A DNA stretch of 64,000 nucleotides from a virus, in IMG/VR virus record IMGVR_UViG_3300025120_010645, positions 2,385 to 66,384 of that record; one strand, given 5' to 3'. The first letter of the stretch is position 1; the number at the start of each line of letters is the position of its first letter. Shown here in pieces: positions 10,101-18,798 of the stretch. The notes below the pieces were generated by a model. That model was not told the DNA's origin. It saw nothing but the letters and a program-made list of their open reading frames with translations, and ran no database searches. The translations under genes and the position numbers were made by a program.

Positions 10101-10661
10101 CGTCTCAAGGTCAAACTGAAATCTATGAACATCATTATAATCGTCCATACCCTTGAACAACCTCTTACCACTTTGTATTAAAAACTGCTCATCAGGTGAA
10201 AATCTAACAAACAAACTCTTTATAGCTACTGAATTAGAATCATCTGGATAGGCTTTTTCACCGCTAAAAATATCTATACCACCTTCTTTAAAAAAATTAA
10301 GTAAAGAACCGTAACTCTCAGTACAGGTAACCATGAACTTGTAACCACTATCAATTCTCTTAGGTACATTACCGTTAGAATCTTCAACCTTTAGTTTCTT
10401 GATTTTAACCTTATGTTCCCTCATAGCCTTTTTTATTAAAGACCTGTCACCGTTGTAAATTAAATCAACAACCTCATGTTTCATCCATAAAAATGAAGTT
10501 AAAGTATGTTTTTCAATGTACTTACCTTTTTCAGGGTCATTAATGATTAAGGATACAAAATTTTCGTAATACGTAGCCTCAATCCCTACTATATATTTTT
10601 GAGGGTCTCTACCAACTAAAAAACTTTCTATTTCTTCGAAACTGACTTTTGATTCAGACAT
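7182..10661 (-). CDS. Family-B DNA polymerase with 3'-5' exonuclease
   Basis: Exonuclease motifs FDLETEG, YNSENFDWPF, YLLDD; polymerase motifs DFAALYP, KILANSFFG, GDTDG. Confidence 0.95.
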   Translation of the reverse strand: MSESKVSFEEIESFLVGRDPQKYIVGIEATYYENFVSLIINDPEKGKYIEKHTLTSFLWMKHEVVDLIYNGDRSLIKKAMREHKVKIKKLKVEDSNGNVPKRIDSGYKFMVTCTESYGSLLNFFKEGGIDIFSGEKAYPDDSNSVAIKSLFVRFSPDEQFLIQSGKRLFKGMDDYNDVHRFQFDLETEGLDANNDAIFQIGIRDNKGYEVVLETLGDTPKEKRDSERYNIKKFFSIISELVPDIITAYNSENFDWPFFQKRCDRLGLDITKIAKTLKPKAKIRWKDAIIKLGGEQEYYKQTYMWGYNILDISHSVRRAQAINSDIKSWGLKYITEYSGVAKQNRVYVPGNIINKTWLDKSDHAFNDGNGDWYKITEDKPLKEGYGIKRGDYIVQRYLLDDLWETEQIDGIYNQAAYLIAKLLPTSYMRSSTMGTAGQWKLIMAAWSYENELAVPDLEKKRNFVGGLARLIEVGYAKRVVKLDFAALYPKTQLTWGIFPDLDISGVMEGLLTYVVDKRDEFKFLTGKHKAESRKLQSLLDKNIHKLTPERIAKAKEMIGYNKKLASGYDKKQLPLKILANSFFGAYGAPYIFNWGDSDCAEETTCRGRQSLRLMVRHFTDKYKFRALVGDTDGFNFSIPDSIDDVEYICQASHWKTENYEKGQTLKGVDAVLAEFNEKYMEGRMGLDIDDICESTINFARKNYGNLIDGKVKLVGNSLKSKAMPVYIEEFINEGVKLLLHGKGYEFIELYHRTVEDIYNYRIPVVKIASKSKVKMTRTNYVDVYCKQKNKAGRYKSRQAHMELIEMHDLNVDLGDIIYYVNTGTAKSHSDIKKVTDKETGNIEILFNSKLLSKESIEEDPNYTTDEYNVAKYLDNFNKRIKPLLVCFDTEIRSDIIRNVYKDKKTKVVKLDEKNLYTKKQCELIAGKPFEPSDQDDYHEDLMKMEDREIRFWDSVNKVPNFMEIGEWTSLRDDWKERERIRRLEAIDKEFKLLNDVFERLEVSDYDKLRSSNKLPKELNFVSLVKDDIGNFYFNSNEWDVELADFKDIFKYEDLAIKRNRYYETLEDVNDNDKYDMWLEEVYNAESEMEKIDNDIKLLKDDGWIEVLDGYWVEEYIVKEGKVDYYKACTTKERAVASIKGRIKDLETIKNQNPDDLIIKP

Positions 10662-10680
10662 ACTTTAATCTTATTTTAGA

Positions 10681-10712
10681 CAAAACTACTACTAATGAAT
10701 CACTTTAACAAT
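10681..10712 (-). promoter_or_regulatory. Bacteroidota-type promoter ATTG-N20-TAGTTTTG
   Basis: Matches the TAnnTTTG (-7) element with a TTTG-like (-33) element 20 nt upstream; 19 nt before the DNA polymerase ATG. Confidence 0.6.
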
Positions 10713-10721
10713 AGGGGGGAT

Positions 10722-10759
10722 AAAAAAAACATCTTAAGCAATTTATCTAAATTGCTTAA
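10722..10759 (-). terminator. Hairpin TTAAGCAATTT-ATCT-AAATTGCTTAA followed by a T-run on the minus strand
   Basis: 11-bp perfect inverted repeat at 10734..10759; ends the minus-strand structural operon before the DNA polymerase gene. Confidence 0.55.
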
Positions 10760-10791
10760 CAAAATTACATATTTAATCTTAAATAAGCAAT
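10760..10791 (-). promoter_or_regulatory. Second Bacteroidota-type promoter ATTG-N20-TAATTTTG
   Basis: Same spacing as the 10681 and 21616 sites; abuts the hairpin. Confidence 0.5.
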
Positions 10792-10810
10792 AGTTATAAA
10801 AAATATTTTA

Positions 10811-11185
10811 TCACCTTTTAATAGAACCGTCTAATATATTTATTACTAATTCTTCTTGAATAGGTACAACTAAGGTACCCGAACCATCTAAAAACTCAAT
10901 AGTAAAACTACCTATGTAAGTCCCTGGTCTTGAAGTTTGTTTTTTAGTAAATTGGTATGTTAGATAATATTCTTCATCTTCACATCCATTATATTGTGAC
11001 TTAAGAGTTAATGTCGCAGATTTTTTACCAATCACCTTAACACCTGTATCTAAGTCAGACATAGTAAAATATATATTACTATTTTGAATCTTATCGTTAA
11101 ACTCTCTATAAGTGTATCTACCGTCTTTAATTAATTCCATATTTAAGACTGGTAATGTTGAGTTTTTATTTATATTAAAGTTCAT
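10811..11185 (-). CDS. Small beta-rich structural protein (BppU N-terminal / Ig-like fold suspected)
   Basis: IYFTM...LTYQF...PGTYIGSFTIEF..G pattern; lies in a structural operon. Confidence 0.45.
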   Translation of the reverse strand: MNFNINKNSTLPVLNMELIKDGRYTYREFNDKIQNSNIYFTMSDLDTGVKVIGKKSATLTLKSQYNGCEDEEYYLTYQFTKKQTSRPGTYIGSFTIEFLDGSGTLVVPIQEELVINILDGSIKR

Positions 11186-11187
11186 AA

Positions 11188-11643
11188 TTATTTTGTTAAA
11201 AAATCTTTTAATTTAATTACTTCTTCTGGAATACCTAAAACATTACGTTTAAAAGCATGTTTGATATATAAAACTGGGGAAGCCAACACAAGCGCTATAT
11301 ATCTCTTATAAGCCTTAGCGCCACTATAACCAGTCATAATTAACATCTCTCTATAAATAACGTCAGCTACGTTTCCAACGTAACCCATTCTATACAAGTA
11401 ATCATGTATAAAATTATCAACCCTAGGTTCTCTGTCGTCTTTAACTAAAGTAGCACCATCGTAACCTCTTTTTTCCCAAAATCTACTATTCCAAGCCAGT
11501 TTAAATACATCAATTACCTCTATAGGTAAACTAAAGAATTCAATCTCTTTAATATAACTTTTAAAAATAACTTCTTCACTTATATATGGGTATCTATCAA
11601 ACGAATATACATCCTTAACCACGTAATCATTCTCATCTATCAT
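11188..11643 (-). CDS. DUF1353-like protein
   Basis: YDGAT...IHDYLYR...AD.IYREML...G pattern; late motif at 11658..11665. Confidence 0.55.
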   Translation of the reverse strand: MIDENDYVVKDVYSFDRYPYISEEVIFKSYIKEIEFFSLPIEVIDVFKLAWNSRFWEKRGYDGATLVKDDREPRVDNFIHDYLYRMGYVGNVADVIYREMLIMTGYSGAKAYKRYIALVLASPVLYIKHAFKRNVLGIPEEVIKLKDFLTK

Positions 11644-11687
11644 TGTCTACTTTATTTATAAATATCTTATTTTTAATAAAAGTATAA

Positions 11688-13394
11688 TTAACTATTATAC
11701 CTACCCTTATCAACATTAAATCCATTATTAATGTCAACCCAATCTAAATCACAAATATAAAATTTAAACTCAGAAATATCACCAACGAATGTTCCAGCAA
11801 AATTCTTTTCAATATTAAGACCTAAATCATCAGGGTCTTGACCGTCAAACGTCATAGACTCCAACAAACCTTGACTACCACCACCTAAACTAATGTTAAA
11901 CGGAACACCTAATTGTTTATCTTTATATTCATTTAGTCTTTTATCAACAAACTCTTTAAAATCATCAACAACAAATTTAAGTCTACCATCAACATAAAAC
12001 ATAAGTCTACCTATTCTTAATGGGGCACACTTTAATTTATTAGCTGGTATATCTTCATCTAAAGAAAACCTAATAGAAACCTTATGCCATTTATTATCTG
12101 AAACCATACCACTAATAGAATAACCTTCGTTAACAGTAACGCCAGTAGTATAAACTTCGTTAACACAAGCCCCAGTCATTTGTAAAGCCCTATACCCAAT
12201 GCTACCATCATCTTTAATTCTAAAACCAAGAGCATTATCTATTATATCAATATTTTTATCTAACTCTTTTAATTCCGAAGTAAACCCAGTAAATGTACAT
12301 ACAGTCTTATCACCAAATCCAGAACCACTAGCACCACAAGTACCACAACTACCGTCATTACCCGCTCTACCATAAATTAAAAAAGGGTTTTGCTTATTAA
12401 CTACTTCTTGGGTATACCCTGTAATAGTTACTGTTTTACCAGTGTCACAAGTGGTCAATGTACCTAACCCACCCTTAGTAGCTCCACAAGTTCCACATTC
12501 ATTACCACCAGCTCTTCCATACATCAAGAATTGATTATCTATAACTGTAACGTCTAAAGGTGGTGGACTTAACCTTATTGGGTAACCACTATCGCCACTA
12601 ATTGCTATATCAGTTTCTTTAGGTACTGTACAATAAGTTGTCACCGTTCCAGTACAGGCACTAGAAGAAGTACACCCACTAGTGCAACCAGTATTTAACC
12701 CTTCAAAGATATTCCAAAACTTATTTTCAGCTCTAGTACCCATATAAAAGAAAAAACCTTTATTATCTGGGTAAGTATCGTTAAGTGTTGTGCCAGTATA
12801 ACCTGAACAGTTTAAATCTGATTTTCTAAGCCAAAATTCAGAAGTCCAACCTTTTTCAACTCTATCGGGCAATACTTGATAATTATAACCATCTAGTTTA
12901 TAATACCCTTGATAAAACCCACCACATAGTTTTGCGTAATTTCCAGTTGAACCAGAAAGTATATCTATAGGGTATTCGTATGTTTCAGTCATACCCGTAA
13001 CACGATTAAGTTTTAATCTTTTATCGCCAGATAATATCGTAGTAGTGCTACCAGTTAAAGTATTTAATAAAGTTATATTTGAAGTATCGCCAGTAGTTTT
13101 ATCAAATGTTATATATCCATTATCTATTCCAGTAAGTCCAAATGTATTAAACGTGTAGCCAGTATTAGTTGCTCCAGTCCATGTTTGTAAACTAGATATT
13201 GTATCTGCTGAAGTGGTTCCAGTCGAATATATATTAGAATCATTAAAATCATATTGAACAACAAAACAGTCACCACTTACTACACCACTGTAAGGTATTG
13301 CATTACCATTCATACCTAAATAGTAATCATGATATTGATAACTAGATAAGAACGCATCCATCTTATTGAATTTGAAATTTTTTAAATCACCCAT
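11688..13394 (-). CDS. Cys/Thr/Gly-rich virion protein, C-terminal LamG/concanavalin-like region
   Basis: DNKWHKVSIRF...MFYVDG...FVGDISEFKFY resembles LamG; duplicated YGRAG..CGTCG module. Confidence 0.55.
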   Translation of the reverse strand: MGDLKNFKFNKMDAFLSSYQYHDYYLGMNGNAIPYSGVVSGDCFVVQYDFNDSNIYSTGTTSADTISSLQTWTGATNTGYTFNTFGLTGIDNGYITFDKTTGDTSNITLLNTLTGSTTTILSGDKRLKLNRVTGMTETYEYPIDILSGSTGNYAKLCGGFYQGYYKLDGYNYQVLPDRVEKGWTSEFWLRKSDLNCSGYTGTTLNDTYPDNKGFFFYMGTRAENKFWNIFEGLNTGCTSGCTSSSACTGTVTTYCTVPKETDIAISGDSGYPIRLSPPPLDVTVIDNQFLMYGRAGGNECGTCGATKGGLGTLTTCDTGKTVTITGYTQEVVNKQNPFLIYGRAGNDGSCGTCGASGSGFGDKTVCTFTGFTSELKELDKNIDIIDNALGFRIKDDGSIGYRALQMTGACVNEVYTTGVTVNEGYSISGMVSDNKWHKVSIRFSLDEDIPANKLKCAPLRIGRLMFYVDGRLKFVVDDFKEFVDKRLNEYKDKQLGVPFNISLGGGSQGLLESMTFDGQDPDDLGLNIEKNFAGTFVGDISEFKFYICDLDWVDINNGFNVDKGRYNS

Positions 13395-13396
13395 AA

Positions 13397-14557
13397 TTAA
13401 AATGTTTCTAAGTTAGACCTTTTCCAACCATCACTTGTTTTAATATAAATATAGTCATTATCTCTAACCATCTCACCAAGCTCACCTTTATTATCTAAAC
13501 TAGATGTTGGCGTATATTCTGGTATTGTTAATCCGTATGGTTTTATGTAGTTATTAGTCACCCAATCCCCATCTGAATCTATTAGAAATTCTGAATTAGT
13601 AGTGTCATTAATACCCTTATTTACGAATATTCCCCCATCTACTGCGGAATCAACAGTACCGTTATAATTTAATTCTATATTATTATCTTCTGAAGCTACT
13701 GTTTGACTATTAATAATAACTTCTTCTTTACTAAAAATTGTAGAACCACTAGAAATTAAATCTTTAATAGTTTTATCTAATAAATCATAAACCTCTTGAT
13801 AAGTAAGTCCAACAATATTATCGTCCTTTTCTAAAGTATTTTCTATCTCAGCCTCAACAACTAAGTTGCTTTTACTTACTTCTATTTCAGGAACGATAGG
13901 GGTTATAATTTCAGCTTCACCTTTACCACTTATACCGTAATTCATCATAGCACCCCTTATTGTTGAATAATTAGGTACTGTAGTTATTAAATCAGTTATT
14001 GACGCATATGATTTACCTTTTGGGTGTATTATACGACTAGTGATACTATCAATTGGTCTATCAACCAACTCCAACCACTCTAAATATTCATCGTATATTC
14101 TTTCACTTATCATATATATTTGACATGACCAAGCACCAGTTAATCTAATTAAATCACCAAATCTTACTGGAAATCCTATGTAATTTTGAGAAGCTAAGTG
14201 AAATAGCTCCCAATCTTCTGGTAATTTGTTAAAAAGTCTTTTACCTTCCTTATATACATTATCTTTAAAGATTATATCATCCTCCATAATCATTATAGAT
14301 TTATAACCTTTTTCCTTAGCCTCTTTAATTATTTTTTTAGTTGTATATACTAGTCCAGCCGCACCTTGAGTCCATCCTTCAAATTTTGAGTTTACATTAT
14401 TATTAACCCACCCTACATTTTCAGCCTCACCATCAACAGCTTCAACCAACTCAAATTGAGTACCTATTTTATGACATTGGGCTTTTATATTAGCCCTTCT
14501 ATCAGCACTTCTTTTTAAATTTATTGCGTATACCTTATCAACTAATTTATGAAACAT
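13397..14557 (-). CDS. GT25-family glycosyltransferase fused to a virion-fibre-type C-terminal module
   Basis: N-terminus: YAINLKRSADRR, VEAVDG, IMEDD, PEDWELFHL, RPID. C-terminus: EDNNIELNYNG and PTSSLDNKGELGEMVRDNDYIYIKTSDGWKRSNLETF. Confidence 0.8.
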   Translation of the reverse strand: MFHKLVDKVYAINLKRSADRRANIKAQCHKIGTQFELVEAVDGEAENVGWVNNNVNSKFEGWTQGAAGLVYTTKKIIKEAKEKGYKSIMIMEDDIIFKDNVYKEGKRLFNKLPEDWELFHLASQNYIGFPVRFGDLIRLTGAWSCQIYMISERIYDEYLEWLELVDRPIDSITSRIIHPKGKSYASITDLITTVPNYSTIRGAMMNYGISGKGEAEIITPIVPEIEVSKSNLVVEAEIENTLEKDDNIVGLTYQEVYDLLDKTIKDLISSGSTIFSKEEVIINSQTVASEDNNIELNYNGTVDSAVDGGIFVNKGINDTTNSEFLIDSDGDWVTNNYIKPYGLTIPEYTPTSSLDNKGELGEMVRDNDYIYIKTSDGWKRSNLETF

Positions 14558-14559
14558 AA

Positions 14560-17500
14560 TTACTGTAGTTTTGTTGTAGTTGAAGCTGAAAAAACTCCTG
14601 AGTTATCAATATTAATACTCCATCTATTACCATCAGCACTTTTCTTATCAAAAACAACTCCGTTATAACTTGTTGTTGCTGTAACAGCATTACCATCAAC
14701 TAATACTCTATTACTAGCAAATGTAAACCCTGAAACAGATTTAACATTAGTAATATTATCACTAAAAGTGTTACCAGATTGACCAACACCAATTACTTTA
14801 ATATTGTCACAATTTGAACCTATCACGGTTTCATGACACAACCTACCATCAAGCACCGTTGCACCTGTAACTGTAGCCAAGTTAATAGAATTCATATAAC
14901 CACCAGTATTGCCAAGAGTGTATGAATTAGAATATGTTGTATCACAACCTATAGCGATATTAGTGGTATTATTTCCAATTACACAATCATCACTATTAAC
15001 TATAAAAATTTCTTCACAATTATTACCTATTACATTTCTATTACACGTTCTAACACCAACACCATTTCTAGTACCTAAAGAATCTACCCAATCACTACTT
15101 CCAGAAGCTGGTGCTGTTGACCCAGTTAAAAATGTAGTTGCAGTATTGTAAGAAGCCCTACCGTAAATAGCATTATCAAGCCTAAACGAGTAACTTGAAA
15201 ATGAAGGGTAACCAGGTTTAAAAACCTTACCAACATCAGCTAAAGCAATGTCACTATTATAATCACCTATCTTAGTAAAGTCAGAGCTTTCTAAAAATAT
15301 ATCAGCATTTCGATTACCTATAATAAGTTCTTTAGAATTTCTAGCTATAATATTTTCATTATAATCACCTATTTTTATCTTAGAAGCAGTACCACTAAGA
15401 TATATACCATCACAACCATTACCTATACTAAAGTCACTAACACCATTACTTATCAATATATTAGAAGACTCTTCACCAATATTTGAAATAGTAGCAGTTT
15501 GGGTACCCTGTAGAATTTTTATATCATGACTTTTATGACCTATACTAGCACTTAAAACACCATTAATTTCAACATCTTGAACAGAATTTGCTATTGTTAC
15601 ATTTTGACCATTTACATTTGTTATATTCTTACTTTTTGTACCTATTTCAGTATACGGAGAACCGTATAGTATTATATTTTCACAGCTGGCCCCAATATCA
15701 ACACCATTTGATGAAGTTATAAATATTTTTTTACAAATAGGACCTATTAAAATACCCCTATCTGTATATTCAGCTTCAGTTTCACTCGCACCAAATCCAT
15801 TGGGAAATGTCGCACTTACTAGCACATTTCCAGCTTCCGAGTTTGTAACTAAATCAATATCACTACAGTCACTACCTAAATTTACATTATTACTACTAGA
15901 AATTCTAATATTAGTCATCCAGTCACCTAGATTATTATTATTACTAAAGAATGAATAAACTAAAGTATTATAACTACCTAAAGTATTATTATTACTTAAA
16001 GCATGAAACACAACCCCAGTATTACTACTACCTATTGTCAACCTTCTAACCCCTGAAGACACTAAAACATTTCTATTATTAGAGTCTATTATAATATTTT
16101 CAGAAAAGTTCTTTGTAGACGCTGTAACGCCATTATATGTTGGCGCCGCTTCACTTGCACCTATTATAATATTTTCATTATTATCACCAATATTTACATT
16201 TCTAACTACACCACCAGTAATCATAACACCACTAGCGTTTTTACCAATTACAACATTTTCAATAGACTTAGTAAAAAACACAACATTAGCAATCTTACCA
16301 TATAAATTAGGTGTAATAGACGTACCCATAACACCACTACCCATTGTTCGTGCCTGACTTTCTGAATTATCTATATGTATATTTATAAATCTAGGTGATT
16401 CGGTTCCATAAATATTGGTACCCATACCTACAAATGTTTTGAAATCTCTAAACGTCCCCTCAGTGTGAGTATTCATAGCACCAATGTCAGCATGTCCACC
16501 TGCAGAAAAATTAGCAAACCCAGGTATTAAGTCCTTAACTAAAACAATTGGATGATTAGCATTAGTTGCTGCGGCATCGAACCCAATCATAGTTTTATAA
16601 TCTGCAGTTCTACCAGTTCCAGTATCTGAAGGGTCCATATCGAAACGCCTATGTATTACGTTTCTCCAATCGTAATGGGCTGATATATTATTTACTGTAT
16701 CTTCTCTATACGTTATGAAACCAGGTCTAGATTGAGCACCGTCTTCAGTTAAATTATCACTAACATCATAATATATTATATCATTTGGGTATTGTTCTGA
16801 GTAAACCTCAGTATGTATCTTATTACCAGCTATAGCTAAAACTAAAAGGTTTTCAGTCTCTGCTGTTAATGTACTCTTAACCCCAGTTCCATCATCATAA
16901 TGTACTGAAGTATCATTATACTCAGTGGTAGTACCACCAATTAAATGTTTAGTATTATAAGTAAACTTATAAAATTTACCAGCTATTAAAGCACTATTAG
17001 ATATCGCACTACTTAAGTTATTATACGTTGTGGCAGACATACCAGACGTTATACCACTAACAGCCTCCCAAGAACCAAGTCCTTCACCATCAACACAAGT
17101 CCAAACAAGTCCAGATGATGGGTTGTCAGTTATTATAAGTTTTTTGGTTCTACTGATTTCTTTACAATCAGACCATATAGTTCTACCTGTATAATCCAAA
17201 GAGCTGGCACTATAAACATAAAATTCATCTATTGAAGTTGCGCCAGTATAATTACCAGAACTAGTTTCAGTCATGGCAGTAACGCTAATACCAATAAGTG
17301 ATACACCACTATATGATAAAACAATAGGATTACCATCTACACTTGTAGTTTGATTTTGAACTAATACGACACCACTATCTTGAGTCTGAGCACTATTAGA
17401 AGGTGTTATTGCTGATAAATAAGTGTCAACCACACTCATTCTAGGGTCAACCCAAGTAAATACAGTTGTTGTAGCGTTACCAGAAAACGTACTACCAAAC

Positions 17501-17667
17501 ACTGACACATCATTATCAGTTATACCAGTAGTGCTATAATCCACACCGTTAGTCAACCCACTAAAAGGCACACCAAAGACCGTAGTACCACTTAAAATAG
17601 TAGAAGTTCTTTCTCTTTGCTTTATCTGTCTATTATCTGAATAATCTAATTTTGTTCTAAAGGACAT
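14560..17667 (-). CDS. Large tail fibre / tailspike-like protein with beta-solenoid repeats
   Basis: Many IGxNxxNI-type repeats over about 500 aa; Ser/Thr-rich N-terminus; late motif at 17685..17692. Confidence 0.65.
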   Translation of the reverse strand: MSFRTKLDYSDNRQIKQRERTSTILSGTTVFGVPFSGLTNGVDYSTTGITDNDVSVFGSTFSGNATTTVFTWVDPRMSVVDTYLSAITPSNSAQTQDSGVVLVQNQTTSVDGNPIVLSYSGVSLIGISVTAMTETSSGNYTGATSIDEFYVYSASSLDYTGRTIWSDCKEISRTKKLIITDNPSSGLVWTCVDGEGLGSWEAVSGITSGMSATTYNNLSSAISNSALIAGKFYKFTYNTKHLIGGTTTEYNDTSVHYDDGTGVKSTLTAETENLLVLAIAGNKIHTEVYSEQYPNDIIYYDVSDNLTEDGAQSRPGFITYREDTVNNISAHYDWRNVIHRRFDMDPSDTGTGRTADYKTMIGFDAAATNANHPIVLVKDLIPGFANFSAGGHADIGAMNTHTEGTFRDFKTFVGMGTNIYGTESPRFINIHIDNSESQARTMGSGVMGTSITPNLYGKIANVVFFTKSIENVVIGKNASGVMITGGVVRNVNIGDNNENIIIGASEAAPTYNGVTASTKNFSENIIIDSNNRNVLVSSGVRRLTIGSSNTGVVFHALSNNNTLGSYNTLVYSFFSNNNNLGDWMTNIRISSSNNVNLGSDCSDIDLVTNSEAGNVLVSATFPNGFGASETEAEYTDRGILIGPICKKIFITSSNGVDIGASCENIILYGSPYTEIGTKSKNITNVNGQNVTIANSVQDVEINGVLSASIGHKSHDIKILQGTQTATISNIGEESSNILISNGVSDFSIGNGCDGIYLSGTASKIKIGDYNENIIARNSKELIIGNRNADIFLESSDFTKIGDYNSDIALADVGKVFKPGYPSFSSYSFRLDNAIYGRASYNTATTFLTGSTAPASGSSDWVDSLGTRNGVGVRTCNRNVIGNNCEEIFIVNSDDCVIGNNTTNIAIGCDTTYSNSYTLGNTGGYMNSINLATVTGATVLDGRLCHETVIGSNCDNIKVIGVGQSGNTFSDNITNVKSVSGFTFASNRVLVDGNAVTATTSYNGVVFDKKSADGNRWSINIDNSGVFSASTTTKLQ

Positions 17668-17684
17668 ATTAAAATGGTTTTATT

Positions 17685-17714
17685 ATAAATATTACTAATT
17701 TTCATTATATTTAT
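17685..17714. promoter_or_regulatory. Back-to-back divergent late motifs (ATATTTAT on - at 17685..17692 and on + at 17707..17714)
   Basis: Each copy is oriented toward its own downstream gene in the divergent intergenic gap. Confidence 0.65.
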
Positions 17715-17730
17715 AATAAAAAGGATATTT

Positions 17731-18312
17731 ATGAAATTTAGTAAGAAATCTTTTCAAGAAAAATATAAACCTAAAGAAGTTGAAGAATTATACGACCCTA
17801 ATAAAGGTGAAATAGGAGGGGATACCGTAATTACCACAAATCAAATAGGTACAGACACACCAGTTATACCAGGTGACAATACATCTAACAGAAAAAAAGG
17901 TATACCTACCGATAGTGAGACATTTGCTAAAAACACTAAAAACACTAGTGCTGATATAGCAAGGTCTAGATTTAACATGGGCACAGCTTATGGTTATGTA
18001 AGTGAAGAAGATGAAAACATTGAAGAGTCTGCTAAAGAAAAGATGAAAAATATTATTAAGGAATTGCTTAATTCTAAAAATGATGCAGGTGAAATTGTAA
18101 AAAATAATAATTACTCTGATGTTAATAGAAATAAAATACCAGATATTGAAGAACTTAAAGATATTCACTTGAATAACTTAACGTCTGACTTTATTAAAAA
18201 ACTAGAAGATAAAACACCAGATGAAATTTCAATAGTAATAAATGATTTAACACTTAAACTAGGCAAATCAATACCATCTGATTATAAAAACATAATTAAA
18301 AGTAATTTGTAA
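17731..18312 (+). CDS. Hypothetical protein (possible internal head protein)
   Basis: 193-aa charged ORF, first gene of a late-motif operon. Confidence 0.7.
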   Translation: MKFSKKSFQEKYKPKEVEELYDPNKGEIGGDTVITTNQIGTDTPVIPGDNTSNRKKGIPTDSETFAKNTKNTSADIARSRFNMGTAYGYVSEEDENIEESAKEKMKNIIKELLNSKNDAGEIVKNNNYSDVNRNKIPDIEELKDIHLNNLTSDFIKKLEDKTPDEISIVINDLTLKLGKSIPSDYKNIIKSNL

Positions 18313-18313
18313 T

Positions 18314-18796
18314 ATGAAACAGATTAACGAAAGAAATGAAGAATATGAAAGTAGTACTTTTACAGTACCACCACAGTTTCATTCCTCGTTAGGTGAAAAA
18401 ATAAGCGGTAACAATATAACTACTAAAATTAGTAGATTAAATAAAAAAGAAAAACTAACTAGTGAAGAGCAAAAAACTCTTACATGGCTTAAAGGTAAAG
18501 ATAATGCTGAAACAAATAAAATAGATGCTCAGAAAAGAATTATAAAGAGAACTGATGGGGTTGGTAAAAAAAAAGGTGGTAACGCATTTATAGATACACA
18601 TGAAAAAGATAAAGACAATGTAAACCCAACGAAACCAGGTGGCTTAGCTGATATGAAAGTTAGAGGTAAACATTCAAAAGTTTCTGACCAAATAGAAAAC
18701 AATAAAGTACAATATTATGAATCATATAAAAAAGAAATGAAAAATATGAAATATTTAATAGAGTACATGTGTAATAACAATAATAAAACAATTTAA
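18314..18796 (+). CDS. Hypothetical basic protein
   Basis: 160-aa Lys-rich ORF, 1 nt after the previous gene. Confidence 0.7.
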   Translation: MKQINERNEEYESSTFTVPPQFHSSLGEKISGNNITTKISRLNKKEKLTSEEQKTLTWLKGKDNAETNKIDAQKRIIKRTDGVGKKKGGNAFIDTHEKDKDNVNPTKPGGLADMKVRGKHSKVSDQIENNKVQYYESYKKEMKNMKYLIEYMCNNNNKTI

Positions 18797-18798
18797 TT

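Noticed and set aside
7182-10661. Intein or intron in the long DNA polymerase
   Set aside because: No C/S...HN splice junction or LAGLIDADG/HNH motifs noticed; catalytic motifs are in one continuous frame.
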